DNA of 64,000 nt. Source: an uncultured delta proteobacterium (GTDB lineage Bacteria > Desulfobacterota > Binatia > UBA9968). The notes under the pieces were generated by a model that saw only the letters and a list, made by a program, of their open reading frames with translations, did no database searches and was not told the origin of the DNA. Positions within the stretch are counted from its first letter, which is position 1. The number at the start of each line of letters is the position of its first letter. Where the stretch lies: NCBI GenBank assembly GCA_963737905.1, contig CAVTUQ010000004.1, forward strand, positions 32,001 to 96,000. Direction: 5' to 3'. The position numbers and the translations under genes were made by a program. Of this stretch, positions 60,638-64,000 are shown piece by piece.

Positions 60638-61978
60638 TCACCTGCCCTCTTGGCTAGCATGCTTTCGCCGCAGCCAAACGTGCACGCGCGCGCGAATGTG
60701 CGTCGGCTTGAATGGCTTGGTCACGTAGTCGGTGACCCCAGCCGCGAATCCCTCCGCTGTGTCCTCTGCCTCCACCTGCGCGGTCAGGAGCACGACAGGC
60801 ACGTCACGAAGATCCGGGTTTGACTCGGCGCGCAGGGCGCGGCACACCTCAAGCCCATTGCGGCCGGGCATGTTCCAGTCTAGCAGGAGAAGATCCGGGT
60901 GCTCGGCGCGGGCAATCTCCAGCGCCGCGTTCCCGTCGCTCGCCGACAACAGGCGGTAGCCCTCTGGCCGCAACGTCATCGTCAAAAGACGCAGGATGTC
61001 CGGGTCGTCGTCAACGAGCAAGATGGTTGCTGTCGAGGCGCCAACCCTTTTGGCAATGGCATCTTCCGGTCGCCTCTCAGTGCGTAGCGTGTCGGCCTCC
61101 CGCTCCGCCAACTCGATCGTCTGGCCCTCTGCGGCAGCAAAGACGTCGAGCCTGCCGGCGATGGCGCGCCGGCGACAGCTCTCCACTAGCCGGTCTAGCG
61201 CCGCGTCATCGCGGAGTGGATCATGGTGAAAGAGCGCCAGCCGCTTCACGTCCGCTGCAAGCGCAAAGTCTACGGCCAGCTCGGCCGGGCTGTGGCCCCA
61301 TGTCAGCTTGCTCGGGTACTCCTCCAGCGTGTACTGCGCGTCGTGGATGACGAGGTCAGCGCCGGCAAGGAATTCCACGTGCCGCTGGTCCTCACGATGA
61401 ACCGGAAGGATCTGAGTCGGATCGGCCACGTCGGGCTGGTGGCGCGAGTGCGGCTCGTGATCGGTAGCGTAGACCACTGTCACGCCGCCGGCTTCCAAGC
61501 GATAGCCCAGCGCAAGCCCGGGGTGATTCAGGTAACGGGCCGTGACCCGAACGGAGCCGATGTCAAAGGTACCCTCAGCAAGCTCGTGGTAGCGAATCGT
61601 GGCGTCGAGCTGGCCAAGCGTCACCGGGAAATATGTGTACTCCATCTGCCCGGCGAGAGTCTCCTCCAGGCGCTGCCCCAAACCCTGCGCCGCATACACG
61701 TCCCATTCGTTCCCCTGGATGAAGAGCGGCGCAAAAAAAGGAAAACCCTGGATGTGGTCCCAGTGCGTGTGAGTAAGCAGGAGATGACCGCGTATGGGAC
61801 GCTCGCCCGACGCCACCAGGCTGCGGCCGAGATCATGAGCACCGGTGCCGCAGTCCAGAATAATCAGCGTCCCGTCTGCGGCGCGCACCTCCACACAGGA
61901 GGTGTTACCTCCGTAGCGAATCGTGCTAGGCCCAGGCTTTGCCAGCGAGCCTCGCGTCCCCCAGAACCGAATTCGCAT
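60638..61978 (-). CDS. MBL-fold metallohydrolase fused to a C-terminal receiver domain
   Basis: FWGTRGS, THTHWDH, HDAQY, FHHDP; ILLVDDD...LLDWNMP...KPF. Confidence 0.9.
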   Translation of the reverse strand: MRIRFWGTRGSLAKPGPSTIRYGGNTSCVEVRAADGTLIILDCGTGAHDLGRSLVASGERPIRGHLLLTHTHWDHIQGFPFFAPLFIQGNEWDVYAAQGLGQRLEETLAGQMEYTYFPVTLGQLDATIRYHELAEGTFDIGSVRVTARYLNHPGLALGYRLEAGGVTVVYATDHEPHSRHQPDVADPTQILPVHREDQRHVEFLAGADLVIHDAQYTLEEYPSKLTWGHSPAELAVDFALAADVKRLALFHHDPLRDDAALDRLVESCRRRAIAGRLDVFAAAEGQTIELAEREADTLRTERRPEDAIAKRVGASTATILLVDDDPDILRLLTMTLRPEGYRLLSASDGNAALEIARAEHPDLLLLDWNMPGRNGLEVCRALRAESNPDLRDVPVVLLTAQVEAEDTAEGFAAGVTDYVTKPFKPTHIRARVHVWLRRKHASQEGR

Positions 61979-62052
61979 CGTTACTCCTTTTCACCTCTGC
62001 GGGACTAATTCCCCGCAACCTGTGTGTTAAACTCATTTCCTTTCCGAAGAGC

Positions 62053-62082
62053 GTCATTCCCGCATGCTTTAAGCGAGAATCC
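62053..62082. repeat. REP-like hairpin
   Basis: GTCATTCCCGC-ATGCTTTAA-GCGAGAATCC. Confidence 0.55.
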
Positions 62083-62131
62083 AGACGACACTCGACTCCC
62101 GACCCATTCGAACGAGGCTCAGGGTCGTGCC

Positions 62132-63148
62132 CTACTTCTCGTAGAGCCGTTTAACAAACCCGCTCGCTTCGATCTCCCGTGCGATCTTGGTGGCGACGAA
62201 TTGTTCTGGATCAGCGTTCTTCGCCGCCGGAACCGTGGGTGAGAGTTCTGTCAGAATCGTACGTATCCCTTCGAGAGTCGGAATCGGCAAAGCGAGATAC
62301 TTGTCTGCGTAATTACGGTAGCTGTCTTCCAACACCTCGCGGTCGTCATTGCGGGTATATTTTTTCAATACCGTGAGCGCCGCCTCTTTATTGCGCTTGA
62401 AATCGTGGATCGCTTGGATGTAGGCGAGCATGAATTCTCTTACGAGCCCTTCGTTCTTCTGGATATAAGATTTCGTCGTGCCGATGGGCGCCATCGGATA
62501 ATCCAGCCCCAGGTCGGCGAGGTCACCCAGCTCGCGAAAGCCCGCTTTGCGCGCGATTAGCGACGCGGTGCCGCTCAGCACGCCAGCGTCGAGCATTTTG
62601 GTCTGCATGGCGCGGAGCGTGTCCTGGGTTGTGCCGATCTGCAAAATATTGACGTCTCGATCCGGATTGAGTCCCCATTTTTTTAACGCCAGTCGGACAG
62701 CGAAATCCGATGTGGCACCGTAGCGGCTGACGCCTAATTTTTTGCCTTTAAGTTGCGCCGGACTGGTAATCTCCGGCGCGCTAAAAACCTTGAAGATAAA
62801 GCCATTGATAGCGGCGGAAATAATGATCGTATCGGCCCCTTGCAACGCAGCTTGCACCAAACCGGAGCCTGAAAGCGATGCGATTTCGAGATCTCTGGCG
62901 ATCAGGGCGCGCAATGACACCGATCCGGTTCCCATGCCGACGAGTCGCACATCGAGGCCGCGCCTTTCGAATAGTTTGGTTTCCTTGGCGAACCACAAGG
63001 GCGCGATGGCGCCATCCGTAGAACCATAGCCGGCGATGACTTTGATGAGCGGCTTGGTCTCCGCCGCTAACGCAGTTGAAGCATGAGCAGTAAAAAATCC
63101 GGCGATCATCCCCGCAATCAACAGATGGATGCTTCCGCGGTTTTTCAT
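62132..63148 (-). CDS. ABC solute-binding protein (NMT1/SsuA-like)
   Basis: Signal peptide; LFERRGLD, LKGKKLGVSRYG; C-terminal GFVKRLYEK like 26803-27804. Confidence 0.85.
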   Translation of the reverse strand: MKNRGSIHLLIAGMIAGFFTAHASTALAAETKPLIKVIAGYGSTDGAIAPLWFAKETKLFERRGLDVRLVGMGTGSVSLRALIARDLEIASLSGSGLVQAALQGADTIIISAAINGFIFKVFSAPEITSPAQLKGKKLGVSRYGATSDFAVRLALKKWGLNPDRDVNILQIGTTQDTLRAMQTKMLDAGVLSGTASLIARKAGFRELGDLADLGLDYPMAPIGTTKSYIQKNEGLVREFMLAYIQAIHDFKRNKEAALTVLKKYTRNDDREVLEDSYRNYADKYLALPIPTLEGIRTILTELSPTVPAAKNADPEQFVATKIAREIEASGFVKRLYEK

Positions 63149-63608
63149 GACACGATCTCTGTCACGACAGAACACGGTATCGAACTTGCGCCACGACGCC
63201 TCGACTTAGCTGGACTCCCGCGCGTCGCAAATCACCATCACCCCTCCCCTTTTGCGTCGAAACTATTCGTTGACGCGTTTGCTGTCAACTTGAACTAATC
63301 TGCATGTCAGGGAAGGAGGCTACCGTCCCCCGGATTGTAAAAGGGTGCCGAACGTTATGTGGCTTATTTGGAATCGATTACACAATTTTCCGGGTAAGAG
63401 TATGCCAAATGTTCCGAGGCCGGTCTTGATCACTACACAGATAACCGATCGCGTTAATTTTGCCAGGCTGATGATTGTGCCCGTGCCATGCTCAATCAAT
63501 CGCGTTGACTGAAGGACAAAAGAGTGTAGCTTCGTGATTGCTTCGAATCTTCGTGCGTTTGAAAAAAGTGCTCGACGGCGTTAGGTTCTGCGCGTCGGCT
63601 ACAACTCA

Positions 63609-64000
63609 ATGATGCAAACACTCTTCTTCCTTCTTAGTCTTTTCCTTCTGATGCTTTCGCCGGCGGCACATGAAGTCAAAGCGCAAAACCGCAAGGTGGT
63701 CATCGCTTATACTTCGATCTCGCCCAGCTACGCACCCGCCTGGATCGCCAAGGAAATGAAGATATTCGATAAGAACGGCATCACCGCAGATGTGGTCTAT
63801 GCCCGAGGCGGAGTGCTGGCGACACAGGCGCTGGTGGGCGGCGACGTGAACTTCATCGCCGCCGGTGTCGGCGCCGCCGTGGACGCGACCCTCGCCGGGG
63901 CCGACCTTGTGGTCGTGGCCAGCCCCTCGATTGGCTCCGAAACGATCCTGGTCGCTAGAAAAGGCATCACCAGTCCGGCAGATCTGAAGGGCAAGAAAGT
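63609..64000 (+). CDS. ABC solute-binding protein (NMT1/SsuA-like), 3' partial; absent from the ORF track
   Basis: MMQTLFFLLSLFLLMLSPAA signal; APAWIAKEMKIFDKNG; ITSPADLKGKK at window edge. Confidence 0.8.
   Translation, partial: MMQTLFFLLSLFLLMLSPAAHEVKAQNRKVVIAYTSISPSYAPAWIAKEMKIFDKNGITADVVYARGGVLATQALVGGDVNFIAAGVGAAVDATLAGADLVVVASPSIGSETILVARKGITSPADLKGKK

Noticed and set aside
63180-63600. Riboswitch or ncRNA in the long intergenic region between divergent SBP genes
   Set aside because: No recognisable aptamer motif; TGGCA-like sites lack a correctly spaced -12 GC

Overview
A gene-dense, roughly 55-60% GC bacterial chromosomal window with no rRNA, tRNA, CRISPR array or transposase detected. 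The gene content resembles Candidatus Binatia or related Deltaproteobacteria-like lineages; this is inference only. It carries catabolic and transport genes: a BoxB-like diiron epoxidase next to a NuoE/NuoF-like electron module, deacetylases, amidohydrolases, two TPP-dependent E1 alpha/beta pairs and eight ABC solute-binding proteins. It also has a sigma-54 activator with its target operon, two toxin-antitoxin pairs, two cyclase-ATPase-TPR paralogs and a His-kinase/MBL-receiver pair. The strongest hidden signal is an ArsM-fold methyltransferase (41617-42453) that the ORF track splits at an in-frame TGA. That TGA sits at the family's last catalytic Cys position and is followed by a SECIS-like hairpin, so the protein is probably a selenoprotein that has lost the other ArsM cysteines. 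It lies downstream of a sigma-54-driven diiron/SnoaL/flavoprotein operon. Other notable items are a 69-aa protein with a textbook C2H2 zinc finger under its own sigma-54 promoter, and a family of 7/9/10-bp periodic repeat arrays and hairpins sitting just downstream of stop codons. About a dozen single-base frameshifts suggest assembly errors, so broken genes should be treated cautiously.
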